This document shows, in pieces, positions 9,275 to 19,079 of a stretch of 64,000 nucleotides of DNA (positions are counted from its first letter, which is position 1; the number at the start of each line of letters is the position of its first letter). Below the pieces are notes generated by a model. That model saw only the letters and a program-made list of their open reading frames with translations, was not told the DNA's origin and did not search any database. The stretch is from Dehalococcoidia bacterium (GTDB lineage: Bacteria; Chloroflexota; Dehalococcoidia; Plut-88900). The stretch lies in contig CBDBLV010000002.1 in the NCBI GenBank assembly GCA_965207225.1, positions 378,095 to 442,094 of the forward strand, given 5' to 3'. The position numbers and the translations under genes are program-made.

Positions 9275-10765
9275 ATGGCCGATAGAGGCGAAGACCTTTT
9301 CCAGCAGAGACTCTCCAAGGTAGAACGCCTTCGCGCCCAGGGCATAGACCCCTATCCGGCCCGTTTAAAGCGCACACACACGGTGGCGGAGGCGCTTGCA
9401 TACTTCCAAGGAATTGAGGATTCGGGGCGCATGCCGAGGAAGGTGGTTGCGGTGGCAGGTAGAGTGATGGCTCTGCGGGGGATGGGACGGGTGACATTTG
9501 CCGACGTGCGAGACGGCACGGGCTCCGTGCAGCTGTTCATCAGGCCCGCCGACCTGCCGGAGGAGCAGCGAACTGTCCTGGCAGAGTTGGACACCGGTGA
9601 CTCTCTGGCCGCGGAGGGTCCGATGTTCCGCACCCGAACCGGCGAGATAACCGTCCGAGTCCAGTCCTTCACCCTTCTCACCAAGGCTCTCAGGCCCTTG
9701 CCGGAGAAGTGGCACGGACTCACCGACGTGGAGAAGCGCCACCGTCATCGATACCTGGACCTGATTTCCAATGACGAGGCCCGGCGGATATTCGACATCC
9801 GGGCACGGTTCATCTCCGCCATGCGAAAGTTCATGGACGACAGGGGATTCGCAGAGGTGGAGACTCCCATACTCCTGCCGGTGGCCGCGGGCGCCATGGC
9901 CCGGCCTTTCGCCACTGAGCACAACGCCCTTGACCGGACTCTCTACCTTCGGATCGCCACGGAGCTTTACCTTAAGCGGTTGATAGTCGGTGGGATCGAC
10001 AAGGTCTATGAAATAGGTCGGATATTCAGGAACGAGGGGATAGACACCAGGCACAACCCCGAGTTCACCACCATGGAGAGCTACGAGGCCTATGCTGACT
10101 ACAATGACGTGATGCGCATGGTCGAAGATATGATGGCGTATATCACTCAGGAGGTGCTGGGGACCAGTACCATCACTTACAGGGAACACACTTTGGACTT
10201 CACGCCGCCCTGGCCCCGGGTGTCGGTGCGGGATGCGATAAAGGAACGGAGCGGGCTGGACATAGCCGATCCGAAATATGCCGACGCGGAGGTGCTAAGG
10301 ACGGATGCCGAGGGTGTGGGACAGCGGGTGGAAGGTCTCAGCCCTGCGCAGCTTTACGACAAGCTTCTGTCGACTTTCGTGGAGCCGTACATCATCCAGC
10401 CGACCTTCGTCATCGACCACCCGGTAGAGATGTCTCCCCTTTCCAAGCGCAAACCTGACGATCCCAGGTTCGTGGAGAGGTTTGAGGGGTTCGCTGCCGG
10501 CATGGAGATTGCCAACGCCTTCACCGAACTGAACGACCCCGTAGACCAGAGGCAGCGGTTCGCCGAGCAGGAGAAGTTCAGGCTGGAGTTCGGGGATGAG
10601 GAGGTCGACCGGCTGGACGAGGACTTCCTGCTGGCGATGGAGCACGGCATGCCGCCCACAGGGGGGTTGGGAATGGGGATAGACCGGCTGGTGATGTTGC
10701 TGACAAACCAGCAGTCGATAAGGGATGTGATCTTGTTTCCTCAGCTGAGGTCGGTGGAAAGATAG
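9275..10765 (+). CDS. lysS: Lysine--tRNA ligase (class II)
   Basis: PLPEKWHGL, FRNEGID..HNPEFT and GMPPTGGLGMGIDRL motifs. Confidence 0.98.
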   Translation: MADRGEDLFQQRLSKVERLRAQGIDPYPARLKRTHTVAEALAYFQGIEDSGRMPRKVVAVAGRVMALRGMGRVTFADVRDGTGSVQLFIRPADLPEEQRTVLAELDTGDSLAAEGPMFRTRTGEITVRVQSFTLLTKALRPLPEKWHGLTDVEKRHRHRYLDLISNDEARRIFDIRARFISAMRKFMDDRGFAEVETPILLPVAAGAMARPFATEHNALDRTLYLRIATELYLKRLIVGGIDKVYEIGRIFRNEGIDTRHNPEFTTMESYEAYADYNDVMRMVEDMMAYITQEVLGTSTITYREHTLDFTPPWPRVSVRDAIKERSGLDIADPKYADAEVLRTDAEGVGQRVEGLSPAQLYDKLLSTFVEPYIIQPTFVIDHPVEMSPLSKRKPDDPRFVERFEGFAAGMEIANAFTELNDPVDQRQRFAEQEKFRLEFGDEEVDRLDEDFLLAMEHGMPPTGGLGMGIDRLVMLLTNQQSIRDVILFPQLRSVER

Positions 10766-10856
10766 GGCTCCTGGCAGCAGTGCCCAAAGCCAGCGTAATA
10801 TCTCGACCCCCACTGTCTTATACTTTCCCATATCATCGCAGCTAAGGGCGCTATCC

Positions 10857-12125
10857 ATGCTGGCTATCAACTTGATTCGAGAAAAACCGGAGGTTGTGCG
10901 GGAGGGGCTGGTGCGTCGAGGAGAGGACCAGGCGCCTCTTGACCGAATCCTTGAACTCGATGAAAGACGTCGCACCATCCTCACGTCCTCCGAGACCCTT
11001 CGGGCGCGTCGGAACCAGGTCAGCAAAGAGCTTTCCAAAATGAAGGAGAAGCCGCCCGAGGTGATTGAGGAAATGCGTAAGGTTGGGGCAGACATCAAAG
11101 AGCTGGAGGGCGAAATCAAGACGCTGGACGAAGAGTTGGACTTGTTGCTACTCCAACTTCCGAACACTCCACTCCATGATGTACCTCCGGGTGAAGACGA
11201 GACGGGCAACGTCGTGGTTAAGACCATCGGTGAGCTCCCAACATTCGATTTTGATGCCAAACCGCATTGGGAGATCGGGGAGAGCCTCGGCATCCTGGAC
11301 TTCGAACGGGGTGTGAAGATATCGGGGTCCCGTTTTTATGTTCTGAAGGGGCGCGGGGCCCGGCTGCAGAGGGCCCTCATATCATGGATGGTGGACTTTC
11401 ACCAGGACCGGAACGGGTATACCGAGGTCTACCCACCTTTCGTAGTGAAACGGGAGGCGCTGGTCGGGAGTGCGCAGCTACCCAAGTTCGCAGACAACGT
11501 GTACCACGATGAGCAGGACGACCTTTGGCTCGTCCCAACCGCAGAGGTCCCTCTGACCAACCTGCACAGGGAGGAGATCCTGGACGCATCCGACCTCCCG
11601 TTGAACTATGTGGCTTACACGCCCTGCTTCCGTCGGGAGAAGATGTCGGCGGGAAAGGACACAAGAGGCATCAAGCGGGGGCACCAGTTCGACAAGGTGG
11701 AGATGTACAAATTCGTTGCGCCGGAGGACTCGGCAGAAGCGTTGGAGTCGATGCTGTCCGACGCGGAAAGCGTGGCCGAGGCACTGGGGCTTCCCTACCG
11801 CGTACTCCAGCTCTGCACGGGCGACCTGGGATTTCACTCCGCCAAGTCGTATGACCTGGAGGTCTGGGCCCCGGGATGCGGGGAGTGGCTGGAAGTGAGC
11901 TCCTGCAGCAACTGTCTGGACTTCCAGGCGCGTCGGGCGAACATCCGGTACAGACCCAGCGAGGGAGCGAGGCTCCGGTATGTTCACACTCTAAATGGGT
12001 CCGGGTTAGGGTTGCCGAGGGTGCTGATCTCGGTGCTGGAAACATACCAGCAAGCGGATGGCTCGGTGCGGATACCGGAGGTGCTGCAGACGTACACGGG
12101 ATTCGACGTAATCGAGGCCCCTTAG
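10857..12125 (+). CDS. serS: Serine--tRNA ligase
   Basis: LVPTAEVPL, HQFDKVE, EVSSCSNC and HTLNGSGL motifs. Confidence 0.98.
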   Translation: MLAINLIREKPEVVREGLVRRGEDQAPLDRILELDERRRTILTSSETLRARRNQVSKELSKMKEKPPEVIEEMRKVGADIKELEGEIKTLDEELDLLLLQLPNTPLHDVPPGEDETGNVVVKTIGELPTFDFDAKPHWEIGESLGILDFERGVKISGSRFYVLKGRGARLQRALISWMVDFHQDRNGYTEVYPPFVVKREALVGSAQLPKFADNVYHDEQDDLWLVPTAEVPLTNLHREEILDASDLPLNYVAYTPCFRREKMSAGKDTRGIKRGHQFDKVEMYKFVAPEDSAEALESMLSDAESVAEALGLPYRVLQLCTGDLGFHSAKSYDLEVWAPGCGEWLEVSSCSNCLDFQARRANIRYRPSEGARLRYVHTLNGSGLGLPRVLISVLETYQQADGSVRIPEVLQTYTGFDVIEAP

Positions 12126-12157
12126 CTCCCCTTCCCCCGCCTGGAAGCAAAGGCGCG

Positions 12158-12163
12158 TATAAT
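12158..12163 (+). promoter_or_regulatory. Putative -10 box of the tRNA-Ser promoter
   Basis: Perfect TATAAT 13 bp upstream of the tRNA. Confidence 0.55.
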
Positions 12164-12176
12164 CCTATCCGTGCCC

Positions 12177-12266
12177 GGAGGGATGGCCGAGCGGTTTAAG
12201 GCACCGGTCTTGAAAACCGGCGTGCGCGTCAGTGTACCGTGGGTTCGAATCCCACTCCCTCCGCCA
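12177..12266 (+). tRNA. tRNA-Ser (TGA)
   Basis: GGAGGGA acceptor pairs with TCCCTCC; CCGGT-CTTGAAA-ACCGG anticodon arm; long variable arm; GTTCGAATC T-loop; encoded CCA. Confidence 0.97.
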
Positions 12267-12366
12267 CTACACCTCTTTTGGTCATCCTCTTTTTTCTCAA
12301 GTTACGCTTGCTCCAAAGCTAATATCATCCTTTGTGGTGCTTTGTCCCGCCCTCCTAATCTTTTGA

Positions 12367-12401
12367 GTTCCCACAACAACTGTGGTAACATTCGTGGGAA
12401 C
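12367..12401. repeat. Inverted repeat upstream of the integrase (candidate arm-type sites)
   Basis: GTTCCCAC at 12367 and GTGGGAAC at 12394. Confidence 0.5.
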
Positions 12402-12425
12402 AATTTAGGATTGATGGAGGTATCT

Positions 12426-13622
12426 GTGGCATTATCCGCAACTCGGGTTAAGGCCCTGAAAGAACGCGGACGCTACTCGGACGGTGGCGGTCTACATCTC
12501 TTCATCAGCAAAGCCGGACGAAAATCTTGGGTCCTGCGCATCACCGTCGATGGACGTAGACGGGATATAGGTTTAGGCGGATATCCTTCAGTCAGCCTGG
12601 CTCAGGCTCGCGAGAAGGCAGCAGAATATAGGGCAGCCGTTGCGGAGGGTCGGGATCCCTTGGCCGAAAAGCGGGCCCCTGCCATGCCAACGTTCAAGAA
12701 AGCCGCCTACGCTGTCCATGAGGCCAATAAGCCTCGGTGGCGCAACCCCAGGCACGCTTCAGGCTGGATTCAGACCCTGGAGCGTCACGCTATGCCAAAG
12801 TTGGGCAACACATCCCTAGACAAGATAGACCGAGGAGATGTGCTGAGCGTTCTCACCCCCATTTGGTCATCCCGTCCTGAGACGGCCCGTCGTGTGCGTC
12901 AGCGCATGAGGGCCGTTTTCCGGTGGGCCTTGGCCTACGGCTTCGTCGAGTCTAACCCGGCGGGAGAAGCCATCGACGGTGCCTTGCCCCCCATGCCGAA
13001 AGTAAAGGCTCACTTCAGGGCACTTCCCTATCAGGAGGTTGCCTCAGCACTTGAAACGATCGAGTCCTCTCAGGCCTCGATACCTGCCAAGCTGTGCTTC
13101 CGGTTCCTGGTGCTGACCGCGGCTCGCTCCGGCGAAGCCAGGGGTGCAACCTGGGACGAGTTCGACATGCATGGCCGGGAATGGCATATCCCGTCGGGGC
13201 GGATGAAGGCGGGTGTTGAACATCGGGTGCCCCTCAGTAACCAGGCCCTCGACCTGCTAAGGGAGACGTCCGTACTGCGTGACGATTCTGGCCTAGTATT
13301 TCCGTCGGTGCTGAAGGCAGGGTCCCCGATGTCCGACATGACACTGACGAAGGTTCTGCGCTCTGTCGGCCTGGCAGATCGTGCCACCGTCCACGGATTT
13401 CGCAGTAGCTTCAAAAACTGGACCCTGGAGCAGACGGATACCCCTTGGGTCGTCTCCGAGGCCGCCCTAGCCCACAGTCTGGGCAACGCGACTGAACAGG
13501 CCTACGCGAGGTCAGACCTGTTCGAGCGTCGCCGGGAGCTGATGCAGCTGTGGGCGGACTACGTCATGGGGGATCTTCAAGACGCAGAGGAAAGTGCCAG
13601 AGATAATGGCAGCGGTCCTTAG
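12426..13622 (+). CDS. P4-like tyrosine integrase with arm-binding domain
   Basis: YSDGGGLHL and LGGYPSVSLAQAR; TAARSGE, HGFR, ALAH and AY catalytic motifs; GGAGG RBS before GTG. Confidence 0.95.
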   Translation: MALSATRVKALKERGRYSDGGGLHLFISKAGRKSWVLRITVDGRRRDIGLGGYPSVSLAQAREKAAEYRAAVAEGRDPLAEKRAPAMPTFKKAAYAVHEANKPRWRNPRHASGWIQTLERHAMPKLGNTSLDKIDRGDVLSVLTPIWSSRPETARRVRQRMRAVFRWALAYGFVESNPAGEAIDGALPPMPKVKAHFRALPYQEVASALETIESSQASIPAKLCFRFLVLTAARSGEARGATWDEFDMHGREWHIPSGRMKAGVEHRVPLSNQALDLLRETSVLRDDSGLVFPSVLKAGSPMSDMTLTKVLRSVGLADRATVHGFRSSFKNWTLEQTDTPWVVSEAALAHSLGNATEQAYARSDLFERRRELMQLWADYVMGDLQDAEESARDNGSGP

Positions 13623-13662
13623 GACGTAGTCCGTCTGGTGGGATAGGACCGGGTCGTCGTTA

Positions 13663-14000
13663 TTACCCCTGGTGCATGAGCATAGTGCTCGAAATCAATG
13701 TATTACCGTCAGGTCCGGACATTTCCTGATAGATGGTTCTGATCCTCGGTGGCTTGGGCATATGCTCGAGGATATCGCCGGAGTTTTCGTATCGGCCGTG
13801 GACGCCCTCGATATTGAGCACACCTAGGCCCCCGAGCTCGGACATTTTGACAGCCATCGTGGACTCGACAACACGGTCCATGGCGGGGGCGATGATAGGG
13901 GAAAGGGTGGTGTTGTCGAGTTTAGAGTTTATCGTTACCCACCGGGACGATTGCTACTTCTATAGACCCTAGGGCCTTCGCAATTCCTTGACCTTGGGAA
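13663..14000 (-). pseudogene. Decayed 5' part of a GuaB3-type IMP dehydrogenase-related gene
   Basis: Broken frames read KELRRP*G..EVAIVP / VTIN...PIIAPAMDRVV...ELGGLGVLNIEGVHGRYE. Confidence 0.75.
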
Positions 14001-14448
14001 GGTACCTTCAGCCTCCAATCTTGATTAGCCTACACCATAGCCTGTGAAGAGATTGTGAGGAATCTGGTAACCGAGGGGAGGCAGGCCAAACCCGGTGTAG
14101 CTACTTTCTCAGTGCGGAACTTTGGCAAGACTTCAGGGGAGAGGTGGGGACTACCTATTGTGATAGCATTATCCTGGTGCAGACTTCTGATAACCGATAG
14201 AGATAGCAGAGATGCCACTACAGGTTAGCTACGGTTTGATTTAGGTCGGAAGGCTCCAAAACAGTAGTTAATCCTGGTTAGTACCAGGAAAGTACAGCGG
14301 TCGAAGGCTACATGTGTAAATGAGCTCCCGAATGGGAAGAGGTTACCAAAGGCGTGAGGCAGTGTGCGCCACAGTAGACTGAATCATAAGATTCTAGTCG
14401 TCCATCAGCTACCTATGATCCAGAAAAACGACACCCTGGGATCGACGA

Positions 14449-17400
14449 TTGAAAATCGGTGGAGTTGACTTCCCTGAACCTCTTCTGAACGCCCTTAGAG
14501 ACGGGCGTGTGGTGGTGTTCGCAGGTGCCGGCGTGTCCATGGGACAACCGGCATGTTTGCCCGACTTTCGCCGATTGGCCGAGCAAATAGCGGAAGGAAC
14601 CGGTCAATCCAAAAGCGACGCAGAAACTGAGGACCGCTTCTTGGGAAGATTGAAAGACGCCGGTACTGATGTCCACCAGCGGGCGGCTGAAATTCTGCAA
14701 CGAAACAATCCCGAACCTACCACCCTCCATCTGAACTTATTACGACTCTTCAGAGAACCGGAAGCCGCGCGAGCGGTTACCACTAACTTCGATGACCTGT
14801 TCGAGCGCGCAGCTTGCGGCGAGTTCGACTCTAAGATCAGAGTATTTCAGGCACCGGCATTACCATTGGGCAACCGTTTTCACGGCATTGTTCATCTGCA
14901 CGGTTCAGTGGATGAACCTCATGATATGGTCCTCACGCACCGGGATTTTGGACGCGCCTATCTGACAGAATCGGACGGTTGGGCGCGCCGCTATTTGATT
15001 GATCTCTTTGCCAACTACACCGTGATGTTCGTGGGCTATAACCACAGTGACACGATAATGACCTACCTGACGCCGTCGCTGCCTCCGGATGGCGGCCTGC
15101 AACGTTTCGCGCTGATAGGCGACCAAATTGATGATCCCACTCGGTGGCAGAGGATGGGCATAGAACCTGTTACCTTCCAGCAAGCTCACGCCAACGACTT
15201 CGACGGCTTGGATGTGGCTGTGGCTGGGTTGGCCAATTTCCTACAACGCGGGGTCCTTGACTGGCAGCGCGAAATTTCCGCCATTGCCGACAAGAGCCCA
15301 CCCATTGATGACGAAAGCGTCGGAAAGATTAAACACGCCCTAGGCGACCCAATAACGACGAGGTTTTTCATCGAGTCCGCCAATGCACCGGAGTGGGTCG
15401 AGTGGCTTGACCGCGCTGGTCATTTGGCGAAGCTATTCACCGATGGAGAACTTAACGAACGAGATCATACCCTTGTTCGGTGGTTAGTCTCCCGTTTCGC
15501 CATAAACCACGACAGTACGCTTTTCACACTCTTCGAACGCTACAATAACCGCCTAAACCCATCACTGTGGCGGCAACTGTGTTGGCAGATGCAAGACAGC
15601 ATCCCCCAGTCACCGGATGCTGCGGTAATGACGCGATGGGTCCTTTTCCTGGCCTACGTCATCCCAACGGATGCCGACGATATCACTTTGTCTTGGCTAG
15701 CTGAAGCCTGCGCCAGTATCCGCGCAACCGATAGCCTACTGCGAGTATACGAAGCATTGATGAAGGGGCTCACTCCAGTGCCGCCGCGTCCCGAGCGGCG
15801 TAACCCCAATATGTCTCGCTATTTTGCCCAAAAGATTTTGTCAGACTGTATCAAGCCTAACCTATCCGAGATGTCCGAATCGCTGCTGGCGCTGGTCACC
15901 ATGCGGTTGAAAGAGCGCCATTCGATTTTGGTTGCCTGGGAGCGCGGTGATGCGACTTCGGATTGGGACAGCTTCAGCAGGTCGGCCATCGAACCACACC
16001 TGCAGGATGATCTGGACCGGGATATAGACCCACTGATCGACGCCGCGCGGGAATGCTTGGAGTGGTTGGCAACCAATGCTCCGGTGGTTGCGGGAGCTTG
16101 GTGCGACCGCTTTGCCAGTTCCAACGCGCCATTGTTGAGACGTCTGGCTATCCATGCGTTGGCCGCCCGGAACGACCTGACTGCGGACGACAAAATTGCA
16201 TGGCTGCTGGAACGATGCGATGTGAACGAAATAGCCACTCACCACGAGATTTTCCACGCTTCTGCCCTTCAGTACCCAAAAGCCAGCCCAGAGCAAAGGT
16301 CGGAGCTTATCCAAGCAATCTCTAGGTACCGAGTGCCGAAAAGCAAGCGCTACGATAGCGAAATGTTATCAGCGCACCACATTTTCACTTGGTTCTACTG
16401 GCTACATCGTTCTGATCCGGGTTGCAACACAATCAAAGAGGCACTGGACACAGTCTGGGCCGAGAATCCGCAGTTCGTGGCACCGGAGAATCCCGATCTC
16501 ACTCACTATCACTGGTCCGGAGCCCGGTCGCCCACTCAAAACACTTGGGAAGTCGGAGCGCTCCTCGTACGGCAGGCAGCGGAACTATTGCCGGAATTGT
16601 TGACATACGAACCGACCGATCAGCAATTGTTCGACGGAAATGACCGCTGGGCGATGCTGAACTCGGTCAGGCAAGCCGCCGAGGTCAACCCGTTTTGGGG
16701 ACTTGATCTAGCAGACGCCATGGTCGAATTCGGGGCATGGGACTCAGATCTGTGGCAATACGTACTGACTGCTTGGACGACAAAGGAGTTCGACCAAGAG
16801 GGCGTGAAACGTGTGCTCACCCACCTATCAGCTAGCGAGTTGCACCGGCAACATCCGGGTGAAATCGCCGACATCCTCAGTAAACTGGTCAAAAGGACTG
16901 CATCAGCAGCGACTGGATTACCCGGCGCGGCTAATGCGATAGCCGCAGCCTTACGTCCATACGCCTCTTTGGACAAGCTCCCCGAAATTACCGCGTACGT
17001 AGGCGGAGATCCACTGTACGTTAGCTGGCTAGACAGGGCTATCAATCATGCATCCGGCCAATTGGCCCTGTTTTGGATACACAGCATTGTACTGTGGCGT
17101 AAGCTGCAAGACCCCGCGCCGCAGTCGCTAAGCACTGATTACCGCGAGGCATTGGATGCCATCGTCGAAGAAGACGGCGTACTTGGAAAATTTGGCCGCA
17201 CCGTGCTCGCCAGCAACTTTCATTTCTTTCTTGCCGTTGATGAGGATTGGGCAATCAAGAACCTGCTTCCGCTTTTTGACATCCAACACGAAGATTTTCG
17301 GTGTGCGTGGGATGGTTTTCTTTCTTGGGGACGTTTGTCCCCGCAGATTACGGATCTCTTACGCGACAATTTCATAAACGCTATTCCACGGGTTATCCGA

Positions 17401-17973
17401 GAATTCCAAGGAAATACTCTGACCCGCTTCGTAGAATTCTACGTTGCTGCAATGAGTTGGCTTATCGTCGGAGCCAACGATAATTGGATTACGGAGTATT
17501 TCAAATACGCAGACATAGAGGCAAAGACCCAGATTGCAATTGCAATTGGCCATGTTCTGAGCGACCTTGACGAGAGCAAGCAAAAGGAATGGTGGAGCGT
17601 GTGGCTCAAGGATTACTGGCAGAATCGCCTACAGGGGGTACCCAGCCGTCTGGATGATGCGGAGATTGCACGGATGCTCGAGTGGATTGTCCATTTGCCG
17701 GGAGTATTCTCTGAGGCTGTGGGAATGGCAATACAGATGCGTCCGGTTACCCTAACTGATTCATACATTTTGCACGACCTCCAAGAGAGCGACCTGATAG
17801 AACGGTTTCCTAATGATCTAGCCAAGTTCCTCGTCCATCTGGGGCGACAAAACACTGACCCGTGGTTTTGGGCTGGCGCCCGAGAAGTCATTGACAAGTT
17901 GCTGGCAAAGGATCTGCAACCAGACTTGAACCAAGGGTTACTTGAGCTCATCGCCAAACACAACCTGAGTTAA
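14449..17973 (+). CDS. Long SIR2-domain protein (DUF4020/Dsr-like), putative anti-phage NADase
   Basis: FAGAGVS, TTNFD, HLHGS and FVGY SIR2_2 motifs followed by about 900 aa of helical, Trp-rich region. Confidence 0.85.
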   Translation: MKIGGVDFPEPLLNALRDGRVVVFAGAGVSMGQPACLPDFRRLAEQIAEGTGQSKSDAETEDRFLGRLKDAGTDVHQRAAEILQRNNPEPTTLHLNLLRLFREPEAARAVTTNFDDLFERAACGEFDSKIRVFQAPALPLGNRFHGIVHLHGSVDEPHDMVLTHRDFGRAYLTESDGWARRYLIDLFANYTVMFVGYNHSDTIMTYLTPSLPPDGGLQRFALIGDQIDDPTRWQRMGIEPVTFQQAHANDFDGLDVAVAGLANFLQRGVLDWQREISAIADKSPPIDDESVGKIKHALGDPITTRFFIESANAPEWVEWLDRAGHLAKLFTDGELNERDHTLVRWLVSRFAINHDSTLFTLFERYNNRLNPSLWRQLCWQMQDSIPQSPDAAVMTRWVLFLAYVIPTDADDITLSWLAEACASIRATDSLLRVYEALMKGLTPVPPRPERRNPNMSRYFAQKILSDCIKPNLSEMSESLLALVTMRLKERHSILVAWERGDATSDWDSFSRSAIEPHLQDDLDRDIDPLIDAARECLEWLATNAPVVAGAWCDRFASSNAPLLRRLAIHALAARNDLTADDKIAWLLERCDVNEIATHHEIFHASALQYPKASPEQRSELIQAISRYRVPKSKRYDSEMLSAHHIFTWFYWLHRSDPGCNTIKEALDTVWAENPQFVAPENPDLTHYHWSGARSPTQNTWEVGALLVRQAAELLPELLTYEPTDQQLFDGNDRWAMLNSVRQAAEVNPFWGLDLADAMVEFGAWDSDLWQYVLTAWTTKEFDQEGVKRVLTHLSASELHRQHPGEIADILSKLVKRTASAATGLPGAANAIAAALRPYASLDKLPEITAYVGGDPLYVSWLDRAINHASGQLALFWIHSIVLWRKLQDPAPQSLSTDYREALDAIVEEDGVLGKFGRTVLASNFHFFLAVDEDWAIKNLLPLFDIQHEDFRCAWDGFLSWGRLSPQITDLLRDNFINAIPRVIREFQGNTLTRFVEFYVAAMSWLIVGANDNWITEYFKYADIEAKTQIAIAIGHVLSDLDESKQKEWWSVWLKDYWQNRLQGVPSRLDDAEIARMLEWIVHLPGVFSEAVGMAIQMRPVTLTDSYILHDLQESDLIERFPNDLAKFLVHLGRQNTDPWFWAGAREVIDKLLAKDLQPDLNQGLLELIAKHNLS

Positions 17974-18344
17974 GAATCTGCGGAAAGTTGCGGTAAGGTG
18001 TTGTGGGAAGTTTCGGGAAGCGGTAACGCCTCCACTGGCTGATCTTCAATTTGAATCCCGGAATGGCTGCACAGGCAAACCCAAGCGGATCAAATCCACG
18101 AAGCCGTCTGTAACATTCCGAAATCCAGGAAGTGGTAAGACATACTGTGTATGGATTCAAACTCAGAACCAAAGCGGTAAGGAATTCTGTATCCCGCCGC
18201 CCTTCCACCCTCTCCATATCGCATCCCGCTAAGCCTCAGTAAGGAGACCACGCCTGAGCCGACGGGAAGTGCTTCACAACACCAGTGTTCTAATCGGCCC
18301 CTGTGATATCCTTGCGATACCCTCGCACCTGGAGGCGTCGTTTG

Positions 18345-18794
18345 GTGCACATCAAAGTTCCGCCGCACGGCAAAGTAATCGGACACATCGATCCCCATAA
18401 TCTCACCCCAAAGCAGAAAGAGATTTACAACCGCCAGATAGTGGCCGGACACTTGGCCCGGTTCGGGTTCAACTGCATAAAGCTGGATGACGACTGGCAG
18501 GGAGCTGATTTTTTGGCTTACCATTTCGACGGGGAAACTACCCTGAGGGTCCAGCTTAAGGCTCGAGTCACAATTGACCAGAAATACCGAGGAAAAGACG
18601 TCTGGATGTGCTTCCCGATCTACAAGCGCACACGAGGCGGCTGGTTTTTGGTCCCGCACGATGAGCTGCTAGCGATTGTTGGGGAGTGTACGGGTTGGCT
18701 GAATACACAGGCTTGGACTTCCGGGAACTATAGTAGTGGGAATCCGCCGGTGAAGCTGATGGACCAGCTTCTGGACTACAGGATAGCACTCTAG
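18345..18794 (+). CDS. Hypothetical protein, PD-(D/E)XK nuclease-like
   Basis: GADFLA...VQLKAR motif; GGAGG upstream of the TTG/GTG start. Confidence 0.6.
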   Translation: MHIKVPPHGKVIGHIDPHNLTPKQKEIYNRQIVAGHLARFGFNCIKLDDDWQGADFLAYHFDGETTLRVQLKARVTIDQKYRGKDVWMCFPIYKRTRGGWFLVPHDELLAIVGECTGWLNTQAWTSGNYSSGNPPVKLMDQLLDYRIAL

Positions 18795-19079
18795 GGGAGA
18801 CCTGACACGGAGTTCTCAGTTCGTCAAGCGCGCAACGGAATCTCCGATATAATGCCCCTTACGACAGGGCGGTGCCTGAGGCTAAAGGAGTGCTGACATT
18901 ACTCTCACGATTTAGAGAAGAGAATATAGAGATGGAAGCGTGGTTTCCCACGAAACTCTTAGGTGAGCCTGACCATGCCTTCATCTTTCCCCATCCCTTT
19001 GATGTAGCGTAGTTAGGGACTTACTTCGAACATCCCACAGTCCTATTCTCAGATTCTCAGATGGGGTGAAGTAGCGACA

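Noticed and set aside
598-12125. Long alternative-frame and antisense ORFs over nuo, lysS and serS
   Set aside because: Expected artefacts of high-GC codon bias
12171-12425. N-terminal extension of the integrase ORF
   Set aside because: Overlaps tRNA-Ser; homology and RBS point to GTG at 12426
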